Notes: generated from the sequence alone by a model not told the origin. 64,000 nucleotides of DNA from Acidimicrobiia bacterium (GCA_040878325.1 JBBDMM010000006.1:128418-192417); one strand, 5' to 3'; shown: positions 38,402 through 51,761, counted from the stretch's first letter. A program made the numbers and translations.

Positions 38402-38722
38402 TCACTCCTGTTCCATCGTCGCCGTCCGGGCCCAGGCCACCAGCGCCTCGAATGGCGCTCGGACCACGGCCGCGGAGGCAATCACCACAAACTCGCGGCC
38501 CTCCCGCAGCGGGACGAGGCGTAGCGCCTCGCGCAACCGCCGCTTGGCCCGATTCCTTCGGACCGCGTTACCCACCGCCCGGCCGGCGACCACCGCCACC
38601 CTGGGAGTGCCCGGCTCACCCGGTGCGGCGAAAACGGTGATGCCGCCGACGCGTCGACGCGTCCCGACCCGCCGCACCCTCCCGATGTCGGAACTCTTTC
38701 GCAGCGGGGCGTAGGGCGCCAC
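38402..38722 (-). CDS. rnpA: Ribonuclease P protein component
   Basis: RVAVVAGRAVGNAVRRNRAKRRLRE. Confidence 0.92.
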   Translation of the reverse strand: MAPYAPLRKSSDIGRVRRVGTRRRVGGITVFAAPGEPGTPRVAVVAGRAVGNAVRRNRAKRRLREALRLVPLREGREFVVIASAAVVRAPFEALVAWARTATMEQE

Positions 38723-38736
38723 GGCGATGCTGCGAC

Positions 38737-38871
38737 CTATGCGGAAAGCCGGCGTCGGCCCTTGAGGCGCCGGCGCTTGAGAATGGCGCGGCCAGCCCGC
38801 GTCCGCATACGCAGCCGGAAGCCATGCCGCTTCTTACGGCGGCGAACATTCGGCTGATAGGTGCGCTTCAT
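38737..38871 (-). CDS. rpmH: 50S ribosomal protein L34 (below ORF-track cutoff)
   Basis: [44 protein letters not shown]. Confidence 0.97.
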   Translation of the reverse strand: MKRTYQPNVRRRKKRHGFRLRMRTRAGRAILKRRRLKGRRRLSA

Positions 38872-39108
38872 GAGGGAGTCCCGAGAGAAGGAAGAGGATG
38901 CTTTCGGGTGAGGTTACGAAGAGTTGGTCGACTTTGTCAAAGGTGAGGCACCCGCAGGAGCCGTTCGCGAGAAATGACAATGAGTCGCGAAAGATCACTT
39001 AGCGGCCTGATCGTCCACGCCTTCGTCCCCACCGCCACGAAGTCGCGAAATCCATCTCTGATTGTCCTTGATCCATAAGGGGTTTTGATGGTCGCCAACC
39101 CGGTCGCC

Positions 39109-39290
39109 GGTGGATAAGCCGCGTTTTGTCGTTCTTGTGGGCCGCGAGGGCCATTTCATATACTCGCCGTTCACCGGTCCCCCAACCGGTCGACTTCCCA
39201 GGGTCATCGACCCAGCGGCGCGCTGGGTGGGGCAAGAGTAAGAGCGGGAAATCCGCCCTTCTCCACAGGTGTGGATACCCCTGTGGAGAA
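39109..39290. promoter_or_regulatory. DnaA-box cluster upstream of dnaA
   Basis: GGTGGATAA 39109, TTCTCCACA 39259, TGTGGATAC 39270, TGTGGAGAA 39282; each one mismatch from TTATCCACA. Confidence 0.85.
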
Positions 39291-39323
39291 ACGATTCGGT
39301 CATGAGAGCACTCGAGGGAGCAC

Positions 39324-40685
39324 GTGGAAGCCCATCCGGCCGCTGAGAGTTGGGATCAGTTTCGCCAATCGCTCCGATCAAGGGTCACTCCAGTCACCTG
39401 GAGGACCTGGCTGGAGGGCCTGTCTCCCCAGAGCATCGACGCAGGTGTCGTCCGCATCCTCGCCCCCAGCGAGTTCCATCTCCGCTGGGTGAATGAGAAG
39501 TATCGGCCGATCATCGAGGAGTCGGCCTCCGCCGTGTACGGCGACGGGGTGGTGGTCGAGATGGCGGCGAGCGAGATGCCGCTGTTCGACAGTCCAACCG
39601 TCGACGATGAGTTGGGGCCCGATACGCTCACCGAGACCCCCACTCCCGTGGAAGGGGAGGACGATCCCCTCGTCCCCAAGTACTCCTTCGAGAACTTCGT
39701 GGTGGGCCCCTCCAACCGCTTCGCCCACGCCGCCGCCCTCGCCATCGCCGAGCAGCCTGGGGGCCACTACAACCCGCTCTTCATATACGGGGCAGCCGGC
39801 TTGGGGAAGACCCACCTGCTGCAGGCGATCGCCCAGCACTGCGCCGACCTGAATCCCCGCCTCGAGGTCTGTTACCTGACATCCGAGGAGTTCTTCAATG
39901 GTTTCATCGACGGCATCCGGCGCAAGCGGATGGACGAGTTCAAGGCCCGCTACCGCAGCGTCGACATGCTGCTGCTCGACGACGTTCAGTTCCTGGAAGG
40001 CAAGGAGCAGATCCTCGAGGAGTTCTTCCACACCTTCAACTCCCTTTACGAGGCAGGCAAGCAGTTGGTGTTCTCGTCGGACCGGCCGCCCAAGAGCCTC
40101 TCCAGCCTCGAAGACCGGATTCGAAGCCGGTTCGAGTGGGGCCTCACCACCGACATCCAGCCCCCCGACGTCGAGACCCGGCTGGCAATCCTTCGCAAGA
40201 ACGCAGCGTTTGCCCCCGTGGTGGTGCCCGAGCCGGTGCTCGATTTCATGGCCAACCGGGTGGTCGACAACATCCGTGAGCTCGAAGGGGCCCTGACCCG
40301 GGTGACCGCCTATGCCGCGCTGACCCATCAGCCGATCGACCTCGAGATGGCCGAGGACGTACTGCAGGATCTCGGGCCGGCGCACAACGCCATGCCCATT
40401 AGCCCCGGCAGGATCCTGGCGGCCTCCTCCGAGTCATTCGGGGTGTCGATCGGCGACCTCGAGGGACCCAGCCGCAAGCAGCCACTGGCGCGTGCCCGCC
40501 AGGTGGCCATGTACATCTGCCGTGAGCTCACCGACCTGTCTCTGCCCAAGATCGGCAGCCTGTTCGGCGGTCGGGACCACACCACCGTGCTCCACGGGGT
40601 GAACAACGTGGCCCGGCTCATGAAGGAGGATCAGCAACTGTTCGATCGTGTCACAGCCCTGTTGCAAAGTCTGAGGAAATCGTGA
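39324..40685 (+). CDS. dnaA: Chromosomal replication initiator
   Basis: YSFENFVVGPSNRFAHA, YNPLFIYG..GLGKTHLL, LLLDDVQFL, SRFEWGL, RELEGAL, GGRDHTTV. Confidence 0.99.
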   Translation: MEAHPAAESWDQFRQSLRSRVTPVTWRTWLEGLSPQSIDAGVVRILAPSEFHLRWVNEKYRPIIEESASAVYGDGVVVEMAASEMPLFDSPTVDDELGPDTLTETPTPVEGEDDPLVPKYSFENFVVGPSNRFAHAAALAIAEQPGGHYNPLFIYGAAGLGKTHLLQAIAQHCADLNPRLEVCYLTSEEFFNGFIDGIRRKRMDEFKARYRSVDMLLLDDVQFLEGKEQILEEFFHTFNSLYEAGKQLVFSSDRPPKSLSSLEDRIRSRFEWGLTTDIQPPDVETRLAILRKNAAFAPVVVPEPVLDFMANRVVDNIRELEGALTRVTAYAALTHQPIDLEMAEDVLQDLGPAHNAMPISPGRILAASSESFGVSIGDLEGPSRKQPLARARQVAMYICRELTDLSLPKIGSLFGGRDHTTVLHGVNNVARLMKEDQQLFDRVTALLQSLRKS

Positions 40686-40689
40686 TCAT

Positions 40690-40849
40690 CTATCCACAGT
40701 CTCCCCAGGGCACCCGGCAGGGTGTTCACAACCTCCCCCGGTCGTCCCCACCCCGGGGGACGACGAATCGCTCGCTGGCCTGGCCCGATGGCGGTTTCTC
40801 CACAATCCACACCCCCTACTACTGCTACTACTTGTTCTTTCAATAAATA
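40690..40849 (+). other. oriC unwinding region (DnaA boxes, C-tract, DnaA-trios, AT-rich tract)
   Basis: CTATCCACA 40690, TTCTCCACA 40796, CAATCCACA 40803, CCCCC, CTA CTA CTG CTA CTA CTT 40816-40833, TGTTCTTTCAATAAATA. Confidence 0.88.
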
Positions 40850-40876
40850 CAGTCGAAGAAGAGAGAGGGACACCCT

Positions 40877-41956
40877 GTGCGCATCAGAGCGGAACGAGAC
40901 GACTTGGTCGACGTGCTCGGCCGCGCCGCCCGCGCCGTCGTAGTTCGTTCGCCGCGACCGATCCTCCAGGGGGTGCTCGTCGACGTCCGCGGCAAGACGA
41001 TGCGGATCACCGGTACCGACGAGAACATCACGGTCAGGACCCAACTCGACGTCGAGGTTCTCGAGGAGGGCACCACGGTCGTACCTGCTCGCCTGGCCAC
41101 CGAAGCGGTTCGCAAGATGCCGTCGGGGGCGGTGGTGGTCCACGCCGAAGGCGGCGAGGTCGAGATCACCGGGAACGGGCCCCGGTTCCGGTTCCGGGAG
41201 TCCCCGGTCGACGACTTCCCGCGGATCTCCGAGCCAGATCTCTCCGACTCGGTGAAGGTCGCCGGCGACGAATTCGTCGACGCCGTCAACCAGGTGGGGG
41301 TCGCCGCCTCCAACGATGACGCTCGCCCGATCCTCACCGGGGTGTATTTCGAGAGTGAGGAGGGGCGGCTGCGCCTGGTAGCGACCGATTCATATCGGCT
41401 GGCGGTACGCGACCTCCCCTCGGTCGACGCCCAACTATCCGGGCTGGTGCCGGTGCGCGCACTCAAGGAACTGGGTCGCAGCATTGGTGCTTCCGAGATG
41501 CAGGTTGCGATTGGGGACCGCGAGGCGGCGTTCTCTTCCGACCGGGGCACGCTCACCGCCCGGCTGATCGAGGGCACGTTCCCCAACTACCGGCAGCTCC
41601 TCCCCCCCTCGTATCCGAACCGGCTCAGCCTCTCCCGCGACGGGCTGCTCGAGGCGATCGACCGAGCGTCGCTGGTGGCCGAAGACCACATCCCCATCCG
41701 GCTCACGCTCCAGAAGGGCGGGGTGGAGCTGAGCGTCACCCGACAGGACGTCGGTGGCGAGACCGAGCATGTCGACGGCGAGTACTCGGGTGAGGAGATG
41801 ACGATCGCCTTCAACAGCCGTTATCTCAACGACGGCGTCAACGCGGTCCAGGGCGACGAGGTGGTGCTCGATGTGATGGACCCCCTCAAGCCCGGCCTGT
41901 TGCGCGGCGGTGGGCACGACGACTTCGTCTATCTCCTCATGCCCGTCCGGCTTTGA
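40877..41956 (+). CDS. dnaN: DNA polymerase III beta clamp
   Basis: RPILQGV, RPILTGV, VATDSYRLA, RLIEGTFPNY, IAFNSRYL, YLLMPVRL. Confidence 0.98.
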   Translation: MRIRAERDDLVDVLGRAARAVVVRSPRPILQGVLVDVRGKTMRITGTDENITVRTQLDVEVLEEGTTVVPARLATEAVRKMPSGAVVVHAEGGEVEITGNGPRFRFRESPVDDFPRISEPDLSDSVKVAGDEFVDAVNQVGVAASNDDARPILTGVYFESEEGRLRLVATDSYRLAVRDLPSVDAQLSGLVPVRALKELGRSIGASEMQVAIGDREAAFSSDRGTLTARLIEGTFPNYRQLLPPSYPNRLSLSRDGLLEAIDRASLVAEDHIPIRLTLQKGGVELSVTRQDVGGETEHVDGEYSGEEMTIAFNSRYLNDGVNAVQGDEVVLDVMDPLKPGLLRGGGHDDFVYLLMPVRL

Positions 41957-41969
41957 GCGAGCCGATCGC

Positions 41970-43069
41970 GTGCAACTGGTCTGGCTCGAACTTCGCGACT
42001 TCCGCTCGTACGAGTCTCTGGCGTTCCGTCCCGAACCAGGTGTGAACGTTCTCGTCGGCCCGAACGGCGCCGGCAAGTCGTCGATACTCGAAGCAATCGG
42101 TTACTTAGCCACCCTGTCCTCGTTCCGGCGTGCTCCCGAAGGGTCGTTGGTGCGGGACGGCGCCGACTCGGCGATCGCCCGGGGCGAGTTCTTCTCCGGC
42201 GGGGGAGGCACCGTCATCGAAGTCGAGACGCCGCGGACGGGCCGCCGCAGAGTGCTCCTCAACGGCAAGCGCGCCCAGGGCCGCGCCGATGTGGCCGCGG
42301 CCGTAACGGTGGTGGCATTCCTCCCCGACGATCTCGACCTGGTCAAGCGCGGCCCCGCCTACCGGCGCGAGTACATCGACGACGTCGCCGCGCAGGCGTG
42401 GCCGGCAGCCGGCGCCGAGCAGGCCGAGTACGAGCGGGCTCTGCGCCAACGGAATGCCCTTCTCCGCAAAGAGGGACGCCGTGCAGACGGGCCCACGCTC
42501 GATGTGTGGGACGAGCGGGTGAGCCTGCTGGGGGCACGGATCCTCGAACGGCGCCTGGCGGCGGCGGCCCTGCTCGAACCGGCCGTCTCCGGGCTGTATC
42601 TGGAGTTGGGGGAGGGCGGCGAGCGGTTCAGTTGGAGTTATCTCTCGAGTGGGTTGGGCACACTGGTCGCCCCATCGTCGGGGGACACCCTGGTGGGACC
42701 GCTGCGAAGTGCGATGGCCGCTGCCCGCAGTGATGATCTGGACCGGCGCACCACCACCGTGGGCCCTCATCGGGACGATCTGGTGATGCTCCTCGACGGC
42801 CGTGACGCTCGCACCCGCGCCTCTCAGGGAGAGCAGCGTTCGATCGCTCTCGGCCTGCGATTGGCTGCGTTCCGGGTGCTGTCAGACCGCCGCGGATCGC
42901 CGCCGGTGCTGCTGCTCGACGACGTGTTCTCCGAACTGGACGCGGCACGCGGTGAACGCCTGGTGGGTCACCTGCCCCATGCCCAGGTCTTTGTGACATC
43001 GGCCCGGTCGGAGGAAGTGCCCATGGTGGGCGCCCGGTGGCGGGTAGACGACGGCGAGGTGAAGGCGGC

Positions 43070-43073
<4 letters not shown>
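41970..43073 (+). CDS. recF: DNA replication/repair protein RecF
   Basis: LRDFRSY, VGPNGAGKSSILEAI, GPHRDDL, ASQGEQR, VLLLDDVFSELD. Confidence 0.96.
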
Positions 43074-45471
<2,398 letters not shown>

Positions 45472-45480
45472 GAGAAACAG

Positions 45481-47916
45481 ATGACGGACGACCGGGACGC
45501 CCGGGTAGAGCTGATCGACATCGAGCAGGAGGTGAAGGCCTCCTTCCTCGAGTACGCCATGTCGGTCATCGTCTCCAGGGCGCTGCCCGACGTGCGCGAT
45601 GGGCTCAAGCCGGTACACCGCCGCATCCTCTTCTCGATGTACGACTCGGGCAGCCGGCCCAACCAGCCGTTCCGTAAGAGCGCCCGGGTGGTCGGCGATG
45701 TCATGGGTTGGTTCCACCCCCATTCCGGTGAGGCCATCTACGACGCGATGGTTCGCCTCGGCCAGGACTACGCCACCCGCTACCCACTCATCCAGCCGCA
45801 GGGCAACTTCGGCACCGTCGATGATCCGCCGGCGGCGATGCGGTACACCGAGGCGCGGCTCGAGGCGTTGGCGATGCACATGCTCGACGGCATCGACGAG
45901 GACACCGTCCGCTTCGAGGACAACTATTCGGGGGAGCGGCAGGAGCCGACGGTGCTACCGGCCCGCTTCCCCAATCTGCTCGCCAACGGTTCCACCGGCA
46001 TCGCGGTCGGCATGGCGACGAACATTCCCCCGCACAATCTGGTCGAGATCATCGACGCGACCATCCACATGATCGACAACCCCGAAGCCACCGCCGAAGA
46101 TCTCCTCGAGTTCGTCAAGGGTCCCGACTTCCCCACCGGGGCGTACATCGTCGGCACCAAGGGGGCGCGCGACGCGCTGCTCACCGGGCGCGGCTCGGTG
46201 AAGATGCGAGCCGTCACCGAGGTCGAGGAGGTGCGGAAGGGGCGCACCGCGATCATCGTCTCTGAGATCCCGTATCAGGTGTCGCGCGACCGGATCATGG
46301 AGAAGATCGCCGACATCGTGCGCGACAAGAAGGTCACCGGCATCGCCGACCTGCGCGACGAGAGCGACCGCAACGGCACCCGCCTCGTGATCGAGTTGAA
46401 GCGCGAGGCCACCCCGCAGGTGGTTCTCAACCAGCTCTACAAGAACACCCAGCTCCAGGAGAGCTTCGGGGTCAACATGGTCGCTCTGGTCGACGGCGTT
46501 CCCCGCACCCTCAACGTCGCCGAGATGATCGGGTACTACATCGATCACCAGATGGATGTCATCGAACGGCGGACCCGGTTCCGCCTCGGCCGGGCAGAGG
46601 CCCGTGCCCACATCGTCGAGGGGCTCCTGATCGCCCTCGACAACATCGACGCCGTGGTGGCGGTGATTCGGGGATCGAAGGACACCGACACCGCCCGCCC
46701 CGCGCTGATGAAGAAGTTCAAGCTGAGCGAGATCCAGGCGACGCACATCCTCGACATGCCCCTGCGGCGGCTCACCGCGCTGGAGACCACCAAGCTGCGC
46801 GAGGAGCACGCCGAGCTGCTCAAACTCATCAAGTACCTCAACGGCCTGCTGAAGAGCCCGGCGAAGCGTCGGGAACTCATCGCCACCGAGTTGAAGGAGA
46901 TCAGGGAGAAGTTCGGCGACAACCGACGAAGCATTTTCATCCCCGACGATGGCGACATGACGCTCGAAGACCTGATCGCCGACGAGGAGATCGTGGTCAC
47001 CGTCACCGCCAACGGTTACGTCAAGGCAGTCAATGCTTCCGCCTACAAGACGCAGGGGAGGGGCGGTCGCGGGGTCAAGGCCGAGAATCTGCGCGAGGAC
47101 GATGTCATCCACCACCTCGTCCACACCACGGCCCACGCCTATCTGTTGTTCTTCACCAACCGGGGCAAGGTGTACCGGATCAAGGCTCATGAGCTTCCAC
47201 GTAAGGACCGCACCGCCAAAGGGGTACTCGCCCAGTCGGTGCTCCCTCTCGGCCCCGATGAGGTGATCGAGGCCGTGGTCGACACCCGTGACTACGAGAC
47301 GGCCCGGTACCTGGTGATTGCCACCCGGGACGGGCAGATCAAGAAGACCAAGTTCTCCGACTACGACAGCCGCAACAGCAGCCTCATCGCGATTCGGCTC
47401 GCCGGCGATGACGAGGTGGTGGCAGTGCGCACCACCACCGGCAAGAACGACATTCTGCTGTTCACCTCCGACGGGCAGGGGATCCGGTTCAAGGAGAGCG
47501 ACATCCGGGCCATGGGCCGCGACACGATGGGGGTCAGGGGCGCCCGGCTGCGTGAGGGCGATCACGTGGTGTCGGCGGCGAGCGACCGGGAGGGAGACGA
47601 GGTGGTGCTGCTGACCACCGCCGGCTACGGCAAGCGGGTGAAGACCGCCGAGTTCCCCCGTCAGAAGCGGGGTGGCCTGGGGGTGAAGGCCATCAAGCTC
47701 ACCAAGGCCCGGGGGACCCTGGTGGCAGCCCGCACCATCGCCCCGGGGGCGGAGATCTTCGTCACCTCATCGACCGGAGTCGTGATTCGCACCGGCACCG
47801 ACAAGATCAGCCGGCAGAAGCGAGACTCCACCGGCGTCAAGGTGATGACGGTCTCCGGCGGCGGAACGGTCACCGCCTTTGCCCAGGTTCCCCCCGAGGA
47901 GCTCGTCGACGAGTGA
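45481..47916 (+). CDS. gyrA: DNA gyrase subunit A
   Basis: [31 protein letters not shown], GyrA box QGRGGRG, C-terminal beta-pinwheel repeats; no intein. Confidence 0.98.
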   Translation: MTDDRDARVELIDIEQEVKASFLEYAMSVIVSRALPDVRDGLKPVHRRILFSMYDSGSRPNQPFRKSARVVGDVMGWFHPHSGEAIYDAMVRLGQDYATRYPLIQPQGNFGTVDDPPAAMRYTEARLEALAMHMLDGIDEDTVRFEDNYSGERQEPTVLPARFPNLLANGSTGIAVGMATNIPPHNLVEIIDATIHMIDNPEATAEDLLEFVKGPDFPTGAYIVGTKGARDALLTGRGSVKMRAVTEVEEVRKGRTAIIVSEIPYQVSRDRIMEKIADIVRDKKVTGIADLRDESDRNGTRLVIELKREATPQVVLNQLYKNTQLQESFGVNMVALVDGVPRTLNVAEMIGYYIDHQMDVIERRTRFRLGRAEARAHIVEGLLIALDNIDAVVAVIRGSKDTDTARPALMKKFKLSEIQATHILDMPLRRLTALETTKLREEHAELLKLIKYLNGLLKSPAKRRELIATELKEIREKFGDNRRSIFIPDDGDMTLEDLIADEEIVVTVTANGYVKAVNASAYKTQGRGGRGVKAENLREDDVIHHLVHTTAHAYLLFFTNRGKVYRIKAHELPRKDRTAKGVLAQSVLPLGPDEVIEAVVDTRDYETARYLVIATRDGQIKKTKFSDYDSRNSSLIAIRLAGDDEVVAVRTTTGKNDILLFTSDGQGIRFKESDIRAMGRDTMGVRGARLREGDHVVSAASDREGDEVVLLTTAGYGKRVKTAEFPRQKRGGLGVKAIKLTKARGTLVAARTIAPGAEIFVTSSTGVVIRTGTDKISRQKRDSTGVKVMTVSGGGTVTAFAQVPPEELVDE

Positions 47917-47989
47917 GTTGCGGGCATGGTGATCCGCCGCAAAACGGCAGACCCCCGGTAACGTAAACAGGCCTTTCCGAGGAGCCCCA

Positions 47990-48568
47990 ATGGCCGTCCA
48001 GCGAGTGCGACGGGTCATTCGAAAGATCGACCCGTGGACCGTTCTCAAGGTCACGATCGTCTTCAACGCCATCATGGCGCTCGTCTTCGTGCTCGGGACG
48101 GTGATCTTCTGGTCGATCTTCGTGAATGCGGGCATTCCCGAAAGGATCAACGATCTGGCCTTGCTGATCGGGATCGAGAACGGCATCAACCTCGAGGGAG
48201 CGGTCTATTTCCGGATCGTCCTGCTGCTGTCGGTGATCGGCACGATCATGATGACCGGCTTCTTCACCCTCGGCGCGGTGGTCTACAACCTGATTTCCGA
48301 CCTCGTCGGTGGCGTCGAGGTGATCGTCCTCGAGGAGACCCTGGCGGCGCGGGCGGTTCCCCGGGCCACCCATTCGGGCGTCACCCGTCCTCCGGCGCGT
48401 CGGGGCATCCTCCCCACCGTGCGCTCGGCGCTTTCACCCAAGAGCGACGAGGAGAGAGCCCGCGCCGCCGCCAAGCAGGCAGCAAAGACGGAGGCCGCAC
48501 CAGCCCCAGCCACGGCCCCAGATCCGGCCCCAGCCGCTGCGACCCCCTCGGAACGGACCGGCACCTAA
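47990..48568 (+). CDS. DUF3566 membrane protein
   Basis: RVIRKIDPWTVLK, VVYNLISDLVGGVEV; canonical position after gyrA in Actinomycetota. Confidence 0.85.
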   Translation: MAVQRVRRVIRKIDPWTVLKVTIVFNAIMALVFVLGTVIFWSIFVNAGIPERINDLALLIGIENGINLEGAVYFRIVLLLSVIGTIMMTGFFTLGAVVYNLISDLVGGVEVIVLEETLAARAVPRATHSGVTRPPARRGILPTVRSALSPKSDEERARAAAKQAAKTEAAPAPATAPDPAPAAATPSERTGT

Positions 48569-48631
48569 CGGCGGGACATCCAGCACCGGTTTCGCCCATC
48601 GCAGAGCCGGCCCGGGCGCCAGCCCGAGCTT

Positions 48632-49381
48632 CTACGTCGAGTAGGCCGCCACTTCCAGTCCCACCCGTAGCGCGGCGGCGAGGTACTGCTCGGGGTGATC
48701 TCCGGGGCGGAGGAACCCCGGGCCGACGGCACCCTCCGCCACCATGAGCGCGCCGGCGGCGAGGGCGATCCCATCGAGGTGGTGGCCCAGGTCGGCGACA
48801 CCGACGACCCGCGAGATGTGCTCGCCGTCGGCGTCACCGATCACGGTGGCGGATGCGCCGGCCCACTCACCCTCGATCGGAACCCTGATGCGGATGCTGC
48901 CGTCGCCGCGCCCTACCACTTCACCCCACCGGGCTCCGACTGGCTCGGGGAACGCCACCGGCTCACCCCGTCGCAGCGGTTTGCCGGGCACCGTCCAGGC
49001 GGTGACGGTCCTGGTCACCTGGTCGGTGCGAGCGACTTCATGGGCCGTCAGCGACTCGGCGATCCCCGAGAGGTTGGCCCCCGCGAGGAGCGTCAGTCCA
49101 CTGTCGGTGAAGCGCCGGGTCACCTCCGGGTCGATCTGGTCGGCGGTGACGACGCACGAGATGCCGTCATCGGCGGCGATACCAGCAAGGCTGGAGGCGG
49201 CGGCAGCGTCGTCGGTGGCTAGTGGGTCGTACCCGGTTAGCTCGCGAATCTTGATTGTCCGGCGTTCGGAGACCGGTCCGGTATACCCGTACATCCCCAG
49301 CGCGACCAGTTCCCGTTCTGCGAGGAGGATAAGCGCGGCGCGGCGTCCCGCCTCGCCGACCGCATGGATGGCGATCCTCAT
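48632..49381 (-). CDS. Hypothetical protein, degenerate Rossmann/saccharopine-dehydrogenase-like
   Basis: MRIAIHAVGEAGRR N-terminal beta-alpha pattern; weak resemblance only. Confidence 0.55.
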   Translation of the reverse strand: MRIAIHAVGEAGRRAALILLAERELVALGMYGYTGPVSERRTIKIRELTGYDPLATDDAAAASSLAGIAADDGISCVVTADQIDPEVTRRFTDSGLTLLAGANLSGIAESLTAHEVARTDQVTRTVTAWTVPGKPLRRGEPVAFPEPVGARWGEVVGRGDGSIRIRVPIEGEWAGASATVIGDADGEHISRVVGVADLGHHLDGIALAAGALMVAEGAVGPGFLRPGDHPEQYLAAALRVGLEVAAYST

Positions 49382-49394
49382 GGGTCGAACGGCC

Positions 49395-49514
49395 TCAAGC
49401 CGGTGTCCATTTGCCGGAGTCTTCTGGCGGCTCGATGGGCCGGCGCCGGAAGATCGCCAACGCCGCCGCGGCCAGGGCGGTGAGGATCACCACCTGGAAG
49501 GCTCGTCGGTGCAT
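49395..49514 (-). CDS. Small 39-aa single-TM protein
   Basis: MHRRAFQVVILTALAAAALAIFRRRPIEPPEDSGKWTPA; 13 bp before the next minus-strand gene. Confidence 0.55.
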   Translation of the reverse strand: MHRRAFQVVILTALAAAALAIFRRRPIEPPEDSGKWTPA

Positions 49515-49531
49515 CGGCCGAGTGTAAGAGA

Positions 49532-49588
49532 GCAATGCGCGATGCGCGGTGCGCCAAGCGCTAATCGCAGGCCGAGCGGAGCGAGGCC
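49532..49588. repeat. Short heptamer array plus CCGAGCGGAGCGAGGCC motif R12
   Basis: GCAATGC GCGATGC GCGGTGC 49532-49552; motif at 49572-49588. Confidence 0.65.
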
Positions 49589-49621
49589 CTGCTTGCGACG
49601 CCGGAGCGGCCGACCCTACGC

Positions 49622-49735
49622 TCACTTCACCACACCAGTGGTGACCTGACGGACAGCGAAGTCCGGTTTGAATCCGGCACTGTCCCGCAACCGTGATGCC
49701 CCTCTTTGGGGACGAGTCGGGACGCCTGACGCCAG
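49622..49735 (+). ncRNA. Cobalamin riboswitch
   Basis: AGCGAAGTCCGGTTTGAATCCGGCACTGTCCCGCAACCGTGA...GAGTCGGGACGCCTG matches the B12-element core; upstream of an ABC importer; boundaries approximate. Confidence 0.88.
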
Positions 49736-49818
49736 GTCGGATTTGGACGCCTTCGGAGGAAGGGTGGCCAGCCGTCGGGCTTCCACACCTCCTCCTCGAG
49801 ACTCGAGGAGGTTTTTTC

Positions 49819-50730
49819 ATGAAGCGGCTCTCTTGCCTGCTCCTGTTGATCGCCCTGGTGGCCGGGGCGTGCGGTGACGACGCCCCGGCGGGCGGTGGTG
49901 CCACCACCACGGTGGCCGCCGGATTCCCCGTGGAGGTGCGCGGGGCCACGATCCCCGTCCGCCCGGAACGGATCGTGTCGGGATCGGCGACCCACACCGA
50001 GATCCTGTTCGCCATCGGCGCCGGCGACCGGGTGGTGGCGGTGGATGCGTTCTCGGACTTTCCCGCCGAGACGGCATCGATCCCGCAGTTCGATGCCTTC
50101 AATGCCAGTGTCGAAGGGATCGCCGGGCTCGACCCCGACCTGGTGATCCTGTCCTTCGATCCGGGCGACGTGGTCGACGGGCTCGCCGCCCTGGGCATCC
50201 CGGTCGTTCTCTTCGCCCCGCCCGGTCCGACAGATCTCGACGACGTGTATGCCGAGTGGCGCGATGTCGGGGCCGCCGTCGGTCTGGCCACCGAGGCCGA
50301 GGTTCTCATCGGAGAGGTGCGTGCCGAGATCGCGGCGATCGTGGCCGAGGTGCCGATCTATGTCCGGCCCTTCGCGTACTACCACGAGCTCGACAACACC
50401 TACTACTCGATCGGATCCGACACCTTCATTGGGTCGATCTACGGAATGTTGACGATGGTGAGCATCGCCGACGAGGCCGGTGGCGGGTTTCCGCAACTGT
50501 CGGCCGAATTCATTCTCGATGCAGATCCCGACTTCATCTTCCTGGCGGACGTCGACTGTTGCGGTGAGTCGATAGAGACCGTGGCCGCCAGGCCGGGCTG
50601 GTCCGAGCTCTCCGCGGTGCAGGGTGGCCGGGTAGTCGAACTGGACGACGGGGTCGCGTCCCGATGGGGGCCCCGGGTGGTCGACCTGGTGCGGGTGATC
50701 GCTCGCGAGGTTCACGGAGTCGGCGCCTGA
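49819..50730 (+). CDS. btuF: Cobalamin ABC transporter substrate-binding lipoprotein (BtuF-like)
   Basis: Lipobox LVAGAC, PERIVSGSATHTEILFAIGAG, VEGIAGLDPDLV, SRWGPR. Confidence 0.85.
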   Translation: MKRLSCLLLLIALVAGACGDDAPAGGGATTTVAAGFPVEVRGATIPVRPERIVSGSATHTEILFAIGAGDRVVAVDAFSDFPAETASIPQFDAFNASVEGIAGLDPDLVILSFDPGDVVDGLAALGIPVVLFAPPGPTDLDDVYAEWRDVGAAVGLATEAEVLIGEVRAEIAAIVAEVPIYVRPFAYYHELDNTYYSIGSDTFIGSIYGMLTMVSIADEAGGGFPQLSAEFILDADPDFIFLADVDCCGESIETVAARPGWSELSAVQGGRVVELDDGVASRWGPRVVDLVRVIAREVHGVGA

Positions 50731-51761
50731 CTGGCGCCGATCCGTCGCGGCGGGTACCGCCACTGGTGGTTGCCGGTGCCTTCACCCTCCTGGTGGGGGC
50801 GCTGGCCGCCGGGGTACTCATCGGTCCGGCGTCGTTGGCCCCCGGGCGGGTGATCCTCGAGATCCTCGACCGGATGCCGCTGATCGACCTGGAGAGTGGG
50901 CTGGATGCGCGCGGCTCGGCCATCGTGTGGGAACTGCGGCTGCCGCGGGCGCTGCTCGGCGCCCTGGTAGGGGCAACGTTGTCGCTGGCCGGCGGGGCGT
51001 ATCAGGGCGTCTTCCGTAATCCGCTGGCGGATCCGTATCTCCTCGGGGTGGCCGCCGGCGCCGGTCTCGGCGCAACGCTGGTGATCGTCACCGCCGGCGC
51101 CGGAGCCGCGATCGTGCCCATCGCCGCCTTTGCCGGCGCAATCGCCGCGGTCGCCGCCGCCTACGGCTTGGGGGCGGCGGCCGGAGGGCGAAGGAGCGGG
51201 GCGACGCTGATCCTGGCCGGCGTCGCGGTCGCGGCGTTCCTCACCGCGGCGCAGACCTTCGTCCAGCAGCGCAACGCCGACTCGATCCGCGAGGTCTACT
51301 CCTGGATCCTCGGCCGGCTCGGCACGGCCGGCTGGTCCGAGGTGATGATGATGACGCCGTACGCCGTGATCTCGATCGTCGTGATCCTCTTCCATCGGCG
51401 GCTCCTCGACGTGCTGGCCGTGGGCGAGGAGGAGGCGCGCGCGCTCGGGGTGCGACCCGAGCGCGTCCGGGCCGCCGTCGTCGTCGCCGCCACGCTGGGA
51501 ACCGCCGGAGCGGTCGCCGTCAGCGGATTGATCGGCTTCGTGGGGATCGTCGTGCCGCACACGGTCAGACTGTTGGTGGGTGCCTCCTACCGGTTGATTC
51601 TGCCGCTGTCGGTCGTGGGCGGGGCGGCGTTCATGGTCCTCGCCGACCTGGTCGCCCGTTCGGCGCTCGGGCCTGCCGAGATCCCGATCGGGGTGGTGAC
51701 CGCATTCATTGGGGGACCGTTCTTCCTCATCGTGCTCCGCACGTCGAGACGGTCGACATGA
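50727..51761 (+). CDS. btuC: FecCD/BtuC-family ABC permease
   Basis: IVWELRLPRA, FRNPLADPYLLG, GEEEARALGV, SGLIGFVG; start uncertain. Confidence 0.88.
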   Translation: MTGADPSRRVPPLVVAGAFTLLVGALAAGVLIGPASLAPGRVILEILDRMPLIDLESGLDARGSAIVWELRLPRALLGALVGATLSLAGGAYQGVFRNPLADPYLLGVAAGAGLGATLVIVTAGAGAAIVPIAAFAGAIAAVAAAYGLGAAAGGRRSGATLILAGVAVAAFLTAAQTFVQQRNADSIREVYSWILGRLGTAGWSEVMMMTPYAVISIVVILFHRRLLDVLAVGEEEARALGVRPERVRAAVVVAATLGTAGAVAVSGLIGFVGIVVPHTVRLLVGASYRLILPLSVVGGAAFMVLADLVARSALGPAEIPIGVVTAFIGGPFFLIVLRTSRRST

